Shown here: piece by piece, positions 38,160-48,860 of the stretch | How positions within the stretch are numbered: position 1 is the stretch's first letter | Layout: each line of letters begins with the position of its first letter | Source of the DNA: a virus | Direction: 5' to 3' (one strand) | DNA: 64,000 bases | Virus record (IMG/VR): IMGVR_UViG_3300022220_000003 | Coordinates: 1 to 64,000 of that record | Notes under the pieces: generated by a model | The model's database searches: none | What the model saw: only the letters and a program-made list of their open reading frames with translations | What the model was told of the DNA's origin: nothing | Made by a program: the position numbers and the translations under genes

Positions 38160-38370
38160 TGGCACGCTGTCACACGATCTACTCCTTTATGGAACAACAT
38201 ATATATGCACCGGTGAACCTACAGTTGGTAAGTCAACCACATGAGCTTCACCGGTGCATATATCTGTTATAAGTAAAAGTATAGAACAATAGGCCACGCG
38301 TGCCAGGTGTGACACAACATTTATTCAAAACGTAAAATAAAACAGGCTGTCACGCGGTGTCACGCGTGTT
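38160..38370. other. Putative replication origin
   Basis: AT-rich; 17-bp inverted repeat 38201-38217/38247-38263; four TGTCAC copies; directly upstream of the primase-helicase. Confidence 0.45.
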
Positions 38371-38450
38371 TTGGTCCTGTGGATCCGTATTGCGTTATTC
38401 CCAACAGTTGGCCTAGTGTCCTTGCAGCTCAAAACCTCGGGGGTGATTGA

Positions 38451-40931
38451 GTGCCAAGGGACCTAACCCTGCTCGTGTGGGGTGACATCAAATCGGGTGA
38501 TCCCAACCAAGGTAACCTGGTGACTGCACCTTGGGTTGACTGGGTTAGCGTGCTATCCACCCACGTACGCAGGTCAACCAAAGGGGGTCCGTGCGTTGTC
38601 TGCGGTCACATCCCCAAAGGTAAACCCCGTTTGCAAATCCACGTCGAGGCCACCGACACGGTGTGCCTTGATATCGATAAGGGTACCACCGAGGAGATCG
38701 GCGAGATCCTCGAGGCCTTTGCCCCGTATGAATACGTGGCCTATACGAGCTTTAGCCATGCTCGATATCAGCTCGGTACCAAGGACACCCCACCGGCCCC
38801 CGGTGAGCCGACACAAACCAAGCTGCGGGTGTTGCTACCCCTAGCCCGTCGAGTAAGTGCCAAAGAATATGAGGGGGTTTGGCCGGTGATCCAGCAGTTG
38901 GCCAAGCACCCAATCGACAAGGCAATCAAGGCTCTCAACCAAGGGTACTATTTACCGAGCGCCAGGGTCGGGGCCCCGACCCTGGCCCACCACAACAAAA
39001 CCGGCCGGTGGCTCGACCCTGACAACCTCTTGCAGCTCTCGGACACCCCCGCCGAGACCTCCACCGAGCTCCCCACCGTCGAGGTTTTGGGCCGGGTCGA
39101 GACAATTATCCGCAAGCTCGCCAAAATGATACGCTCGCACCCCCTCAAGGCGGCGGCCAATGCCTTGATCAACGGCGAGCCCCTGGACTTCGGTGATGGT
39201 CGCCACGATACGATTATCCGGTTGACGGGTTGGATCGCGTTCAAAACCGAGAACAAACCTCTGCACCCAAGCGTAATCGAGGCCTTGTTCCAACGGTCGA
39301 TTGACGCAATGCGTCTTGATCGACCTCATGACATGGCATCGGTGACCATCGACGCCGCCACCGCAGCCTACGAAACCGCAATCGCCAAGGCGATTGAGAT
39401 CAAGGAGGCCGAGCGTAAGGAGGCCCAAAGTCATTACGCCGGCCCGGAGTCACCCGAGTGGCCCAAAGAAACCCTCGAGCGGTGCGCCGAGGCTCAAGAA
39501 TCCACCGTCGAGCAACTCGCGTTTGTTGTGGTGCGAGACCGGGCGCACTACATCCTACAACCGGACACCTATTTTTGCGGTCCGTTCACTGAAAAGGACG
39601 CGTTTATTGAAATCATTCAAGCTTTGGGGCGATCCCCGGTGGAGCTTTACGAGGTCACCAACTCAGGCAACTATAAACCAAGGCCATTTTTTGAGCTGAT
39701 ACGCCGATATGGCAGGGTAGCTCAACAAGTGGTCGCAAACCTCGCAACCCAACGGACCTATTACGATCGCGAGCACCGCACGATCCATGAGGCCGTTTGC
39801 CCTCGCCGCACCTTCGAGCCGGTTCACAACCCAAAAATAGACCATTGGTTGCGCCTATTCGCGGGCACGCCTGCCAATTACGAGAAGCTCCTCGATTGGA
39901 TGGCCTGTTGCCCCGATCTTAACAAGTTACTTTGCGCCCTCACCTTGGCGGGAGCTCCTGGCACCGGTAAAACCTTGTTTGCCCAAGGCATGGCCAGCCT
40001 ATGGGCCGAGGGTGGAGCGGCGGCGAGCCCCGAGGTGATCCTCGGTAACTTTAACGAGGACCTAACCCGATGCCCCCTCGTATTCGCCGATGAGACCCTG
40101 CCGAAAACCTACCGGTGGGAGTCGGTGACAACCAAGCTACGGGCCGAGATTGCCTCCTTGGTGCGCACCCTCAACCGCAAGTATTACGCCCCCTTAACCC
40201 TACAAGGGAGCCTCCGTTTTATCCTGGCGACCAACAACCCGATGATTCTCGCCAGCAACATCAGCACCGCGGCGGATCTCAACGCGGTGGCGGTGCGATT
40301 TCTCTACCTCGAGACCGGGGCCGAGGCCGAACAGTACTTGCTCACCCTGGACCACGAGACAAAGGACGGCTGGCGTATACACCAAATCGCGGCTCACGCC
40401 CTTTGGCTCCAACAAAACCGAGCGGTGACCCCCGCGGGCCGTTTTTGGGTCACCGGCGATCTCGAAAAAATGCACCGCCTACTCGTGACCTCATCGGATT
40501 GGAATAGTTGGGTTTGCGAGTGGATCGTCAAGGGGCTGCTAGACGGCTATCGCAAGGCGGAGCAAAACCAAGACACGGTGGGCCGGGTGATAGTCCAGGA
40601 GGGCCACCTCTTTGTCAATATCAGTGCAGTCGCAGATGGTTGGCCCATATACACCAACTATCCCAATATCCCCCCCGACCCGCGCAAGATCGCCACGGCC
40701 CTCCGCTCGATCTCCCTGCAACCCAAGGCCGTCCAAGTTCGCACCCCCGGCGGGACGCGGCACCGCTACTTTGACATTGACCTAAACCACCTCGTGGCGT
40801 GGGCGGATGAGAAGGGGATCTGCGGAGCACCCGAGATCGAGCTCGCAATCCACCAAGGAATCACCGAGCGGCCCAAGATCGTCAATCTGAACGAGCACCG
40901 GAACAAAGGAAAGGATCAGCCACAGCAATGA
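38451..40931 (+). CDS. Primase-helicase (AEP-like N-terminus plus P-loop NTPase)
   Basis: CLDID, YTSFSH and KLRVLLPL primase motifs; GAPGTGKT Walker A; FADE Walker B; ATNN. Confidence 0.8.
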   Translation: MPRDLTLLVWGDIKSGDPNQGNLVTAPWVDWVSVLSTHVRRSTKGGPCVVCGHIPKGKPRLQIHVEATDTVCLDIDKGTTEEIGEILEAFAPYEYVAYTSFSHARYQLGTKDTPPAPGEPTQTKLRVLLPLARRVSAKEYEGVWPVIQQLAKHPIDKAIKALNQGYYLPSARVGAPTLAHHNKTGRWLDPDNLLQLSDTPAETSTELPTVEVLGRVETIIRKLAKMIRSHPLKAAANALINGEPLDFGDGRHDTIIRLTGWIAFKTENKPLHPSVIEALFQRSIDAMRLDRPHDMASVTIDAATAAYETAIAKAIEIKEAERKEAQSHYAGPESPEWPKETLERCAEAQESTVEQLAFVVVRDRAHYILQPDTYFCGPFTEKDAFIEIIQALGRSPVELYEVTNSGNYKPRPFFELIRRYGRVAQQVVANLATQRTYYDREHRTIHEAVCPRRTFEPVHNPKIDHWLRLFAGTPANYEKLLDWMACCPDLNKLLCALTLAGAPGTGKTLFAQGMASLWAEGGAAASPEVILGNFNEDLTRCPLVFADETLPKTYRWESVTTKLRAEIASLVRTLNRKYYAPLTLQGSLRFILATNNPMILASNISTAADLNAVAVRFLYLETGAEAEQYLLTLDHETKDGWRIHQIAAHALWLQQNRAVTPAGRFWVTGDLEKMHRLLVTSSDWNSWVCEWIVKGLLDGYRKAEQNQDTVGRVIVQEGHLFVNISAVADGWPIYTNYPNIPPDPRKIATALRSISLQPKAVQVRTPGGTRHRYFDIDLNHLVAWADEKGICGAPEIELAIHQGITERPKIVNLNEHRNKGKDQPQQ

Positions 40932-40971
40932 CAACGCAAACAACGGGGCCCGTCCCTACGGGGCGGATCGA

Positions 40972-41574
40972 ATGAATCAATCCATAAACCAATGGCTTCG
41001 CCTATTGGCGGGCAATGACGACAATCACCAAAAACTCCTCGATTGGTTGGCTTGTGCCCCCAATCTGGACACGCCTTTATGTGGCCTGATTTTTGCGGGC
41101 CCACCGAAAACGAGCAAGGGTCTGTTTTTGGCGTTTGTGGCGGGGTTGCGGGAAATTTGGAACGGCTGGCGCAGTATGCCCAATAATGACACCCCTATCC
41201 TGGTCTACCGAGACGATCCCAAGGCCCTGAGCACTATCGACCCCATAACCCTAGATGCCTACCCCCGGCGGCGTTTCGTGGTCGCCACCAACACCCCCGA
41301 GATCATGTTGGCCCATGTTCACGAGCGGACACCGTTAGAACAGCTCGAGCGGTGGTTTTTGTACATGGAACCCACCGAGGAGGCGGCCGAGCTCCTCGAG
41401 GGATTCGAAGATTATCACCCGGTGTGGGGTGTGCGCCATATCACGACAGCTATCGAGACCTTGCACCAGTATCACAAGGTGGAGCGGGCCGGGCATCTAT
41501 GGGTTGAGGGTACCCCGGGCGCCATGCGCCACCTCACAACCCAACCACCTAAAGCCGTAGGGGTGACCCCATGA
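40972..41574 (+). CDS. Truncated, degenerate paralogue of the helicase domain
   Basis: Collinear with the previous gene: WLRL.AG, KLLDW.AC.P.L, ATN, FLY.E, WV.G; Walker A altered to GPPKTSKG. Confidence 0.7.
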   Translation: MNQSINQWLRLLAGNDDNHQKLLDWLACAPNLDTPLCGLIFAGPPKTSKGLFLAFVAGLREIWNGWRSMPNNDTPILVYRDDPKALSTIDPITLDAYPRRRFVVATNTPEIMLAHVHERTPLEQLERWFLYMEPTEEAAELLEGFEDYHPVWGVRHITTAIETLHQYHKVERAGHLWVEGTPGAMRHLTTQPPKAVGVTP

Positions 41575-42194
41575 GAATCATCGGACCGACCTACACGATA
41601 TTGACCCCGATCAAAGGGGAACGGATCCTAGCGGCAATCGAGGCCGCGGGGCGTACGTGTTACAAATCGCAAGAAAAGATCACACCCACGTCCTCCCAGA
41701 GGTTTGTCCAAATGATCCTCGAGCGGGGCCACGAATCGGTGATCGAGCACGAATCCGTTTCGGTGCGGATCACTTGTGACCGAGGGGTGTCTCACGAGAT
41801 CGTACGCCATCGCCTAGCGTCTTACTCCCAAGAGTCGACTCGCTATTGCAACTACGCAAGCGCCAAATTTGGTCAGGAGATCTCGGTGATTGAGCCCCCT
41901 GGACTCGGGGAGCTAGCGCGGGCGCATTGGGTCCAGGCCGTCAAAATGTGCGAGGGGCAATATTTGGAGTTGTTGGCCCTCGGGACACCACCGGAGATCG
42001 CTCGGTCGGTGTTGCCTAACGCCCTTGCCACCGAGATTGTGATGACCGCAAACCTCCGCGAATGGCGCCACTTTTTCAGGCTGCGGACGGCCAAGGCCGC
42101 ACACCCTCAGATGAGGGAGATCGCGCGGCCGATGCTCGCCGAGTTTCGTCAGCGTATACCTGTGATTTTTGACACCGTGGGGGTGACCCAATGA
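41571..42194 (+). CDS. thyX: FAD-dependent thymidylate synthase
   Basis: GHESVIEH, RHRLASYSQESTRY and NLREWRHFFRLR. Confidence 0.95.
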   Translation: MRIIGPTYTILTPIKGERILAAIEAAGRTCYKSQEKITPTSSQRFVQMILERGHESVIEHESVSVRITCDRGVSHEIVRHRLASYSQESTRYCNYASAKFGQEISVIEPPGLGELARAHWVQAVKMCEGQYLELLALGTPPEIARSVLPNALATEIVMTANLREWRHFFRLRTAKAAHPQMREIARPMLAEFRQRIPVIFDTVGVTQ

Positions 42195-42585
42195 AAACCT
42201 CAATCCCAAATCCACCCCACGGAGCGGGCCCAAAGGATCCACCACAATGAAAGGTTTAGCCATGGGTTTGCTCACGGTCGTGGGCCTCGTGACCTCGTTT
42301 ATCAATCCGCCGGTGGGGCTCATGCTCTTGACGATCGCGGGTTGTTGGTTTTGGTGGGAGCACGGATAATGAAAGTGAAGATCGGAAACACGGTTTATGA
42401 CTCCAACGATCAGCCTATCTTGTTGGTCCTAGACAACCACGAAAAGAGCATGATCTCGAATATGCTCCCCCAGTGTTACAAATATTGTGCTTGTCCGCAC
42501 GGTACCCCGGTGGCCGAGATCGAGCGGTTTATGGGTATCGATCACCTGAGCAAGCCCACCCCTGCGGGGCGGGCGGGGTAAATAG

Positions 42586-43065
42586 ATGCCTAGAAAACAC
42601 GATCGCTGCACCGGACATTGCTGCGAAAAATTCACCCTCCGCCTATCCCCCGAGGAGCTCGCGGCGAGCTATCGGCATTGGCTCAATCGAGACGCCGAGC
42701 CGCTCGAAATGAACGGGACTAGGACTCCACCAATATACCGCGATATACATCTGATTGCGCCCATGGTGCGGTATCTCGGGTTCACCTACGATCACCCACC
42801 GCAGATCAATCCGTCCGATAACAGGCTACTAGGCAAGCCAAAAACCAAACAACATTACTACACGTGTAAGCACTTCAACCCCAAAACGCGGGATTGCACG
42901 ATTTACGAGATCCGGCCGGCGATGTGTCGGAGCTATCCGGACTCGGGGTTGTGCAACTACGCCAAGTGTACCTGGAAGGCCAAGCGGGCCAAAAAGCAGA
43001 CCGCGGCGGAGCTGCGCCGACGCAAAAAGGCAATCATGGCCAAGGTCAAGGAGCCCACCGAATGA
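42586..43065 (+). CDS. YkgJ-family cysteine cluster protein
   Basis: CTGHCC...CKHF...CTIYEIRPAMCRSYP. Confidence 0.75.
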   Translation: MPRKHDRCTGHCCEKFTLRLSPEELAASYRHWLNRDAEPLEMNGTRTPPIYRDIHLIAPMVRYLGFTYDHPPQINPSDNRLLGKPKTKQHYYTCKHFNPKTRDCTIYEIRPAMCRSYPDSGLCNYAKCTWKAKRAKKQTAAELRRRKKAIMAKVKEPTE

Positions 43066-43472
43066 CCGCCAACAAGTGGGAGGCCAAGCGCAAGGCCCAG
43101 TTTCTAAACCGGTGTATCCATTATCCGAGGTCATGGGAGGATACCCATTGCGCGGTAGGTGTGGATCTTGACGCCATATGGGACAAATCCGAGCGGCCCT
43201 ACCGGCGGATCTGCTACTCCCCCAAGGCCGCGATTCCCTGTGATAAACGAGAGCTCCCCACCGAGGCCGATTATGAGGCCTACCGTCAAGAGCTAGAAAA
43301 CAGTCTCACCCGCATGGTCAAAATTGCCGAGGCTATTGGGGCCACCGGACAGAAGCAAGGCCGCATCGATTGCCCTTGTTGTAACGGCGTAGTTGGGTTT
43401 TCAATCGCTAGCAATGGCCACATGGCCGCGGCATGCTCAACGGATGGGTGTGCCAAGTGGAGTGAATAAGCC

Positions 43473-44663
43473 ATGGCAACTGAACCTGAGATCATTGCAT
43501 CATTAACCGCGGGCATGTCTAGTGCCTACGGCGAGCCCGAGGCCACCTATGAGGAGTTTGCAGGCGCGATCGCCCCTGCCATTGTATTGGGTGGCAGTGG
43601 TGCCGCTGGCGGCGACGTAACCGGGCCCGCGAGCTCGACTACCAACGGGGTGGTGGTTTTTGATGGTACATCGGGCAAGGTGATCAAAGGAGCCACCGCG
43701 GCGGTGGATTTCGGTGGTCAGAATATCACCAACGTGGGATCGATCGCTGGTCTCGTTCCAACGAGCCGCCAAATCAACAACGGCACCGGTATCAGTGGAG
43801 GTGGAGATCTCACAGCCGATCGGACCCTATCTGTCAACCAAGGAGCCCTAGATCCTTCCAATATGGACAGCACGGGCGCCACCGATGGCCAATTGGCCAC
43901 GGCCGATGGCCTCGGTGGTATAGCCTGGGAGGACGCCGCCGCTGGCGGCGGCGGCGACGTGTCCGGGCCCGGGTCAAGTACTGACCATGGCTTGGCGCGC
44001 TATCACGGAGCGACCGGCAAAATTATACAGAATAGCGGTGTTACGCTTAGCGACGGCAACGCCATGGTGTTCCCGTCGTCAGGGTCCATTAGCTGCCGTG
44101 GGTCCGGCAGTTACTCGGAAAAATTCGGCGTTGGCGCAGTCGCGAATGGAACTTCAGCAACCGCAATCGGTAGGCTTGCCGAGGCGACGCATAATGATAC
44201 GACAGTGGTTGGCGCACAAGCTGACGGCAAGGCGGCAAAGGCCTGCGCGTTCGGCAAGGGTGCATTGGTCAATACCGGCGCAATCAATTCGATTGCCATT
44301 GGTTACGGCACAGAAGCGAAAGGAAGTGCAACCAACTGCGTTGCGGTTGGTTATTATGCCGAAGCGTCGACCAACGTCGATCACAGTGGTGCGCTTGGTA
44401 CCAATGCAAAAGCTGCCCATGACCAGTCTTGGGCCTTCGGTCGCGCGGCGATCACGACTGCAACAAATCGCGTCACGTTCGGGCAAATCGGTACCGGTTA
44501 CTTGCTCGAGCTGCAGTGCGGCGACGGCTTTGGCTGCTTCGGCGTAACACCCCCTGGATCACAGCCGGCCAAGATCAGCGACCCCACCGATTTGGCGTCA
44601 TGCGTCACAGCCATTACCGCGATAATTGACGTTTTGGAGGGTGCGGGGCTCTCAAGTACATAA
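43473..44663 (+). CDS. Fibre/adhesin-like structural protein with YadA-head-like repeats
   Basis: GDVTGPASST repeats; 14-aa A.A.G..A.A beta-roll repeats. Confidence 0.65.
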   Translation: MATEPEIIASLTAGMSSAYGEPEATYEEFAGAIAPAIVLGGSGAAGGDVTGPASSTTNGVVVFDGTSGKVIKGATAAVDFGGQNITNVGSIAGLVPTSRQINNGTGISGGGDLTADRTLSVNQGALDPSNMDSTGATDGQLATADGLGGIAWEDAAAGGGGDVSGPGSSTDHGLARYHGATGKIIQNSGVTLSDGNAMVFPSSGSISCRGSGSYSEKFGVGAVANGTSATAIGRLAEATHNDTTVVGAQADGKAAKACAFGKGALVNTGAINSIAIGYGTEAKGSATNCVAVGYYAEASTNVDHSGALGTNAKAAHDQSWAFGRAAITTATNRVTFGQIGTGYLLELQCGDGFGCFGVTPPGSQPAKISDPTDLASCVTAITAIIDVLEGAGLSST

Positions 44664-44941
44664 AGGCGTAAAGGGTGCCAATTACATTCGAGTAATAATC
44701 GAGGAGATACCATGATCAAGGCAATCGAAGATCCGTCGAGTTTGCGCAAGCTCTACAGTGACTTGCAGGTGACCGGGGCCGAGGCCGCTTTGGCCAAAGC
44801 GCAATTAGACCTATACATCACGCGAGTCTACAAGGAGCACGACATGAGCCCCGAGACCCACGCGGTATGCTTGTGGTGTGGCAAGTTTGTGCCCCGTGAG
44901 GCGGGTTGCGGTTGTCTCAAAAAGGATAAACCAAAGTGAGT

Positions 44942-44957
44942 TGGCACGTGCATTGCA
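44942..44957 (+). promoter_or_regulatory. sigma54-type promoter heading the replication operon (class II)
   Basis: TGGCACGTGCATTGCA, a full consensus match, followed by ACCTTATAAT as in the other class II copies. Confidence 0.65.
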
Positions 44958-45018
44958 ACCTTATAATAATCTCGCGCCGCGGTTTCCCCGCAACGCTCGA
45001 AACTGCGGGGGTGGGACC

Positions 45019-46989
45019 ATGACCTATAAACCAACCTTCCCCACCAACTCACACTGCGACCTGTGCGGCCACAAGGTGAGCTCCGAGGATCTCGCCGTAT
45101 GCGAGAGGTGCAACCGGTGGGTTTGTCGGTTGTGTTGGAGTTTCGCTCTTTGTGATGAATGCTCGGCCATGACCGCCACCGGCGACGGGCCGTTTGGAGA
45201 TTTAGATGATTAAGAACGGTGCAACCATGGCCGAGCAAATGACCCAATGGCGCAAGGCCCACCCCGAGCACGATCCCCCACCACTCCCTCGAGGGCCATA
45301 CCAGCCCAAGACCAGCCCCAAGGATCGGGCGGAATTCCAACGGCTCGCAAACGTGACCCTACGCCAGGAATGGGCGGAGCTCGTGGTCGATATCCTGGCA
45401 GACCTAGACCGGGCCGAGGCGGCCCTCAAACGGGGCGGTCAATGAACACCAAAGATCGAGATCTGATTAGGCGATTACAAGCTTGGTTGGTAACCTCGCC
45501 ACCCGAGCGAGCATTGGCAATCCCATGGAAGGACGTGGCCCGTATTCTAGCTATGTTCATAACAGAGCCAAAAAGGCCAGTATACGAGCCCGAGACCACC
45601 TCCGAGCAGCGGGCGGCCATACGAGACGTCTTGGCAAACAACCCACTATTGGACCGCGGTATGGTTGCGGTCATCAAGGATCTTGACCGGGCCGAGGCAT
45701 CTCTCGGTATCGAAAATACCCCACCGTGGCAGAGTCTGGATCAGACCGAGGAAAAACCATGATCCCACACCCAAAAACCATCCTTCGAGCTGAGGTTTGT
45801 ATAGGGATAGGGCCAAGCCAGTGATCCAATACGTACTATACAAGAATCCCCTAGACTTCCCCGGCCGGTTTGTGGTGCGGCGGTGGCACATTGACGGGAC
45901 GGCGCCAGGGGGATTCAGACCGGATCAACATGTGATGGCCAACTGCAAAACCTTGGAGGGTGCTCGGATGGCGATCCGCAAAGCAAGTCTGAACGCGGTG
46001 TGCATACCCCGCCACCCCACCGACGATCCCACGATCCGAGAGGTGTGGATATAATGTTAAGACGCCCACCCACCAACGTCGAGCGGCTCGAGAGCTGCAA
46101 GGCTCCCCATAATTTCCAGGCCTACACTGGCAACCCCTACCGGTGGCATTGCATCAAATGTGGCGGGAAGGTCTCGGAGGGCGAGGCGGTATGGTACGCC
46201 ATGGGAGTCAAGCACGGTCGCGGCGAGGTGCACAGCAAATGAACCAGCCACAACGAGACCAGTGGGTCTATTTTGCGATCCTCGCGTTGTTAGCTGCAAT
46301 CACTATAATTATTCTAGTTTTGGTGTTGCATCAGGAAAAAAGCAAGGATCGAAACCTCGAGGGGTGTTTGGAGTGGTGCTTTGCCCATGGGGCCTACGAG
46401 ACCCCCGAGGAGCACCTCGATTGCACCGAGAGGTGCCAAACCAAACTGTTGGAGATCGCCCGTGATGAGTGACCTCAAAACCTATTGGTGGCTGGCGCTG
46501 GCCGTGGCGACCGCGATCGCAATGCCGCTGATCTTGGTGCACCGATGTTAGCCAAGGTAAAAGAGTGGTGGCCGTGGGCGGTGATGACCGCGGCGGCGAT
46601 CGTCCTATCCCTGGCGTTTTGGTATTTCGACAGGATCTGGCTGGCCCACCAAGACGAGCTCGAGGGGTGTCGCCACTGGTGTCATTCCCACCGAGACTAC
46701 GACACCCCCGATAAATACGTGGGGTGTGTGCGAAAATGCAAGGAGGCTATCAATGGCTCACAAAGTACACCTCCACCACAATGACGGGGCAGCATGTGGG
46801 GCGATTTCGCTCAACACACATTGGCCCCGGACCGTGGGCCGGGTAGTATGGCCCGCGGTGGTCAAGGAATACAAGTGCAAAGCGTGCGATCGGTTGTATC
46901 GTCTGGACAAGTTGGGGACAACTCAGGCCGATAATAGACCAGACCCGCACCCACTAACGGTTTGCCTAGATCGCGAGTTATCCACATGA
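45019..46989 (+). other. Cluster of small genes including two paralogue pairs
   Basis: 45206/45442 share DLDRAEA.L; 46239/46545 share a TM helix plus LEGC..WC..H..Y.TP....C...C. Confidence 0.55.
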
Positions 46990-48776
46990 TCCACGTATCG
47001 CCGAGCCAACTGGCCACGTTTAGGGATTGCAAGCGCAAGTGGGCCTACGGGTACATTGACGGGATCAAGCTCCCGCCGAAAAAAGAGCAGGCCTTTGGCC
47101 TCGAAGGCCACAAACGCAACGAAATTTACCTCCGCCGAGCTAAGTTTGTGGGCGAGGACGATGTGGGCAAGGTATGCCAACAGGGAATCAAGCCCGGGTA
47201 TATGCCCACACCAGCCCCGGACCTTTTGATTGAGGCCAAGCTTAAAATCCCGATCCTCAATAACCAAGCCAACATGATCGGGTATATCGATTGCGTGTTG
47301 CCACCGAGACAAGCGGGCGCCACCTCCACCTTGGCCGTGGTACACGATTGGAAGTTTACCAAGGATCTTCGGTGGGCCATGACCCCCGCCGAGCTCTACA
47401 AGGACGATCAAGCGGCGGTCTATTCGTATTGGGCGCACAAAAAATACAATGCCCGCAAGGTGGTGGTGCGGTGGGTCTATTTTTGCGGCCGGATCAACGC
47501 CAAGTCTGAGGACGGCCGGCCCCGTACACCGCGGGGTGTCAAAAAGGTGGAGCTCACGTTTACCGCGGCCGAGATTGAGGCCAATTGGCAACGCGAGCTC
47601 GAGGTGGCCAAGCAAATCCTCGAGGTCAGAAACACCTACAAAAAGGCCGATGAGGTGCCCGGTAACGAGCTCGTCTGTGATAAATACGGCGGGTGCGGGC
47701 ACCGAGAGCGCTGCCCCCTAGGCAACGAGGTGAGCCTCGAAGGCCTGTTTAACCAGTGGGATCGAACCCACACCCCTGAAAATTCGGAGGTAGAAAAAAT
47801 GAGTCAAGAGGATGTGATGGCCAAGCTAAAGGCCCATACCGCAAGCCTACGCCAGCAACAACAGACCGCCACCGAGACCGCGGCGGCCGAGACCGCGGGG
47901 CCGGCCCCCGAGGTTGCCCCAGCGGCCGAGGAGGCCCCGCCGGTGGCAAGTGAAGAAGAAGAAGGCATCAAAAATTCGCCACCCCCGGCGGAGCCTCCCC
48001 CACAGAATACAGGGATCGAGCACGTGGCGCAGCTCCAAAAACAATCGGGTCAGGTCGACCCCGATCCCCCACCGGCGGAGCCGGCGGCCGAACAACAACC
48101 GGCCGAGGGCCCAAACCTATTGGCCTCCCTTCAAGCCCAAACCGGGGCCACCGGTATCAATCCTCCCGAGGCGGCCAAGGTGGTGGTGCCCAAGGCGGAG
48201 GTGGCCCTCGCCCCCACCGAGATCATCGAGCAACCCCCCGCCACCGAATTGGCCAAGATACCCCCCGCGGTCACCAAGGAAGACCTGGAAAAGCTCACCA
48301 ACGGGGCACCGGAGGAGGTGACACAACTATTGTGTGCGGGATCAAAACTTGAGGAGGTCACCAAGGCCCCACCTGCGGTGATGGGTGAGGAGGCCAAGCC
48401 CGCCAAGGATAAGAAGTCCAAGACCACCAAACCCAAGGCGGTCAAGGTGCCATTTGTGGTCTGTATCGATGCGGTGCCCTCCAAGCTCACCAACGGGGCC
48501 CTCGGGGAGGTGATCCACCTATCCGAGTTTGTGGAGCCGTTCACCAAGGCGATCGCGAAGGGCCACCGCTGTGATGAGCACCCGCAAGGGGTGGACCATT
48601 GGAACCTGATTGAATTCAACAAGGGGATCTCGATCCTTGCCCACCACGTTGGATCCCACCTCGACAACAAAGGGTTTTCGGGGGTGCTCGTGGTGGATTC
48701 CTACACCGCCGAGGGCCGGGCCCTCACCGATGTTCTGATCCGGCGGGCCGACGCCGTGTTTAGGGGGGTGCGATGA
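46986..48776 (+). CDS. PD-(D/E)XK (RecB/Cas4-like) exonuclease with long Pro/Ala/Glu-rich extension
   Basis: SPSQL...C.RKW, GYID, HDWKF, Q...Y motifs and a C-terminal C...C...C cluster. Confidence 0.8.
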   Translation: MIHVSPSQLATFRDCKRKWAYGYIDGIKLPPKKEQAFGLEGHKRNEIYLRRAKFVGEDDVGKVCQQGIKPGYMPTPAPDLLIEAKLKIPILNNQANMIGYIDCVLPPRQAGATSTLAVVHDWKFTKDLRWAMTPAELYKDDQAAVYSYWAHKKYNARKVVVRWVYFCGRINAKSEDGRPRTPRGVKKVELTFTAAEIEANWQRELEVAKQILEVRNTYKKADEVPGNELVCDKYGGCGHRERCPLGNEVSLEGLFNQWDRTHTPENSEVEKMSQEDVMAKLKAHTASLRQQQQTATETAAAETAGPAPEVAPAAEEAPPVASEEEEGIKNSPPPAEPPPQNTGIEHVAQLQKQSGQVDPDPPPAEPAAEQQPAEGPNLLASLQAQTGATGINPPEAAKVVVPKAEVALAPTEIIEQPPATELAKIPPAVTKEDLEKLTNGAPEEVTQLLCAGSKLEEVTKAPPAVMGEEAKPAKDKKSKTTKPKAVKVPFVVCIDAVPSKLTNGALGEVIHLSEFVEPFTKAIAKGHRCDEHPQGVDHWNLIEFNKGISILAHHVGSHLDNKGFSGVLVVDSYTAEGRALTDVLIRRADAVFRGVR

Positions 48777-48860
48777 ATTGGGCGAATATGGGGCGAGAAT
48801 TGATCGCAAGCCTGCAATCAATTGAGCGGGCGATCCGCGAATTGACGGCCGAGGTGCGCA

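Noticed and set aside
46986-48776. Cas4 indicating a CRISPR system
   Set aside because: Stand-alone PD-(D/E)XK nucleases are normal in phage replication modules; no array or other cas genes.
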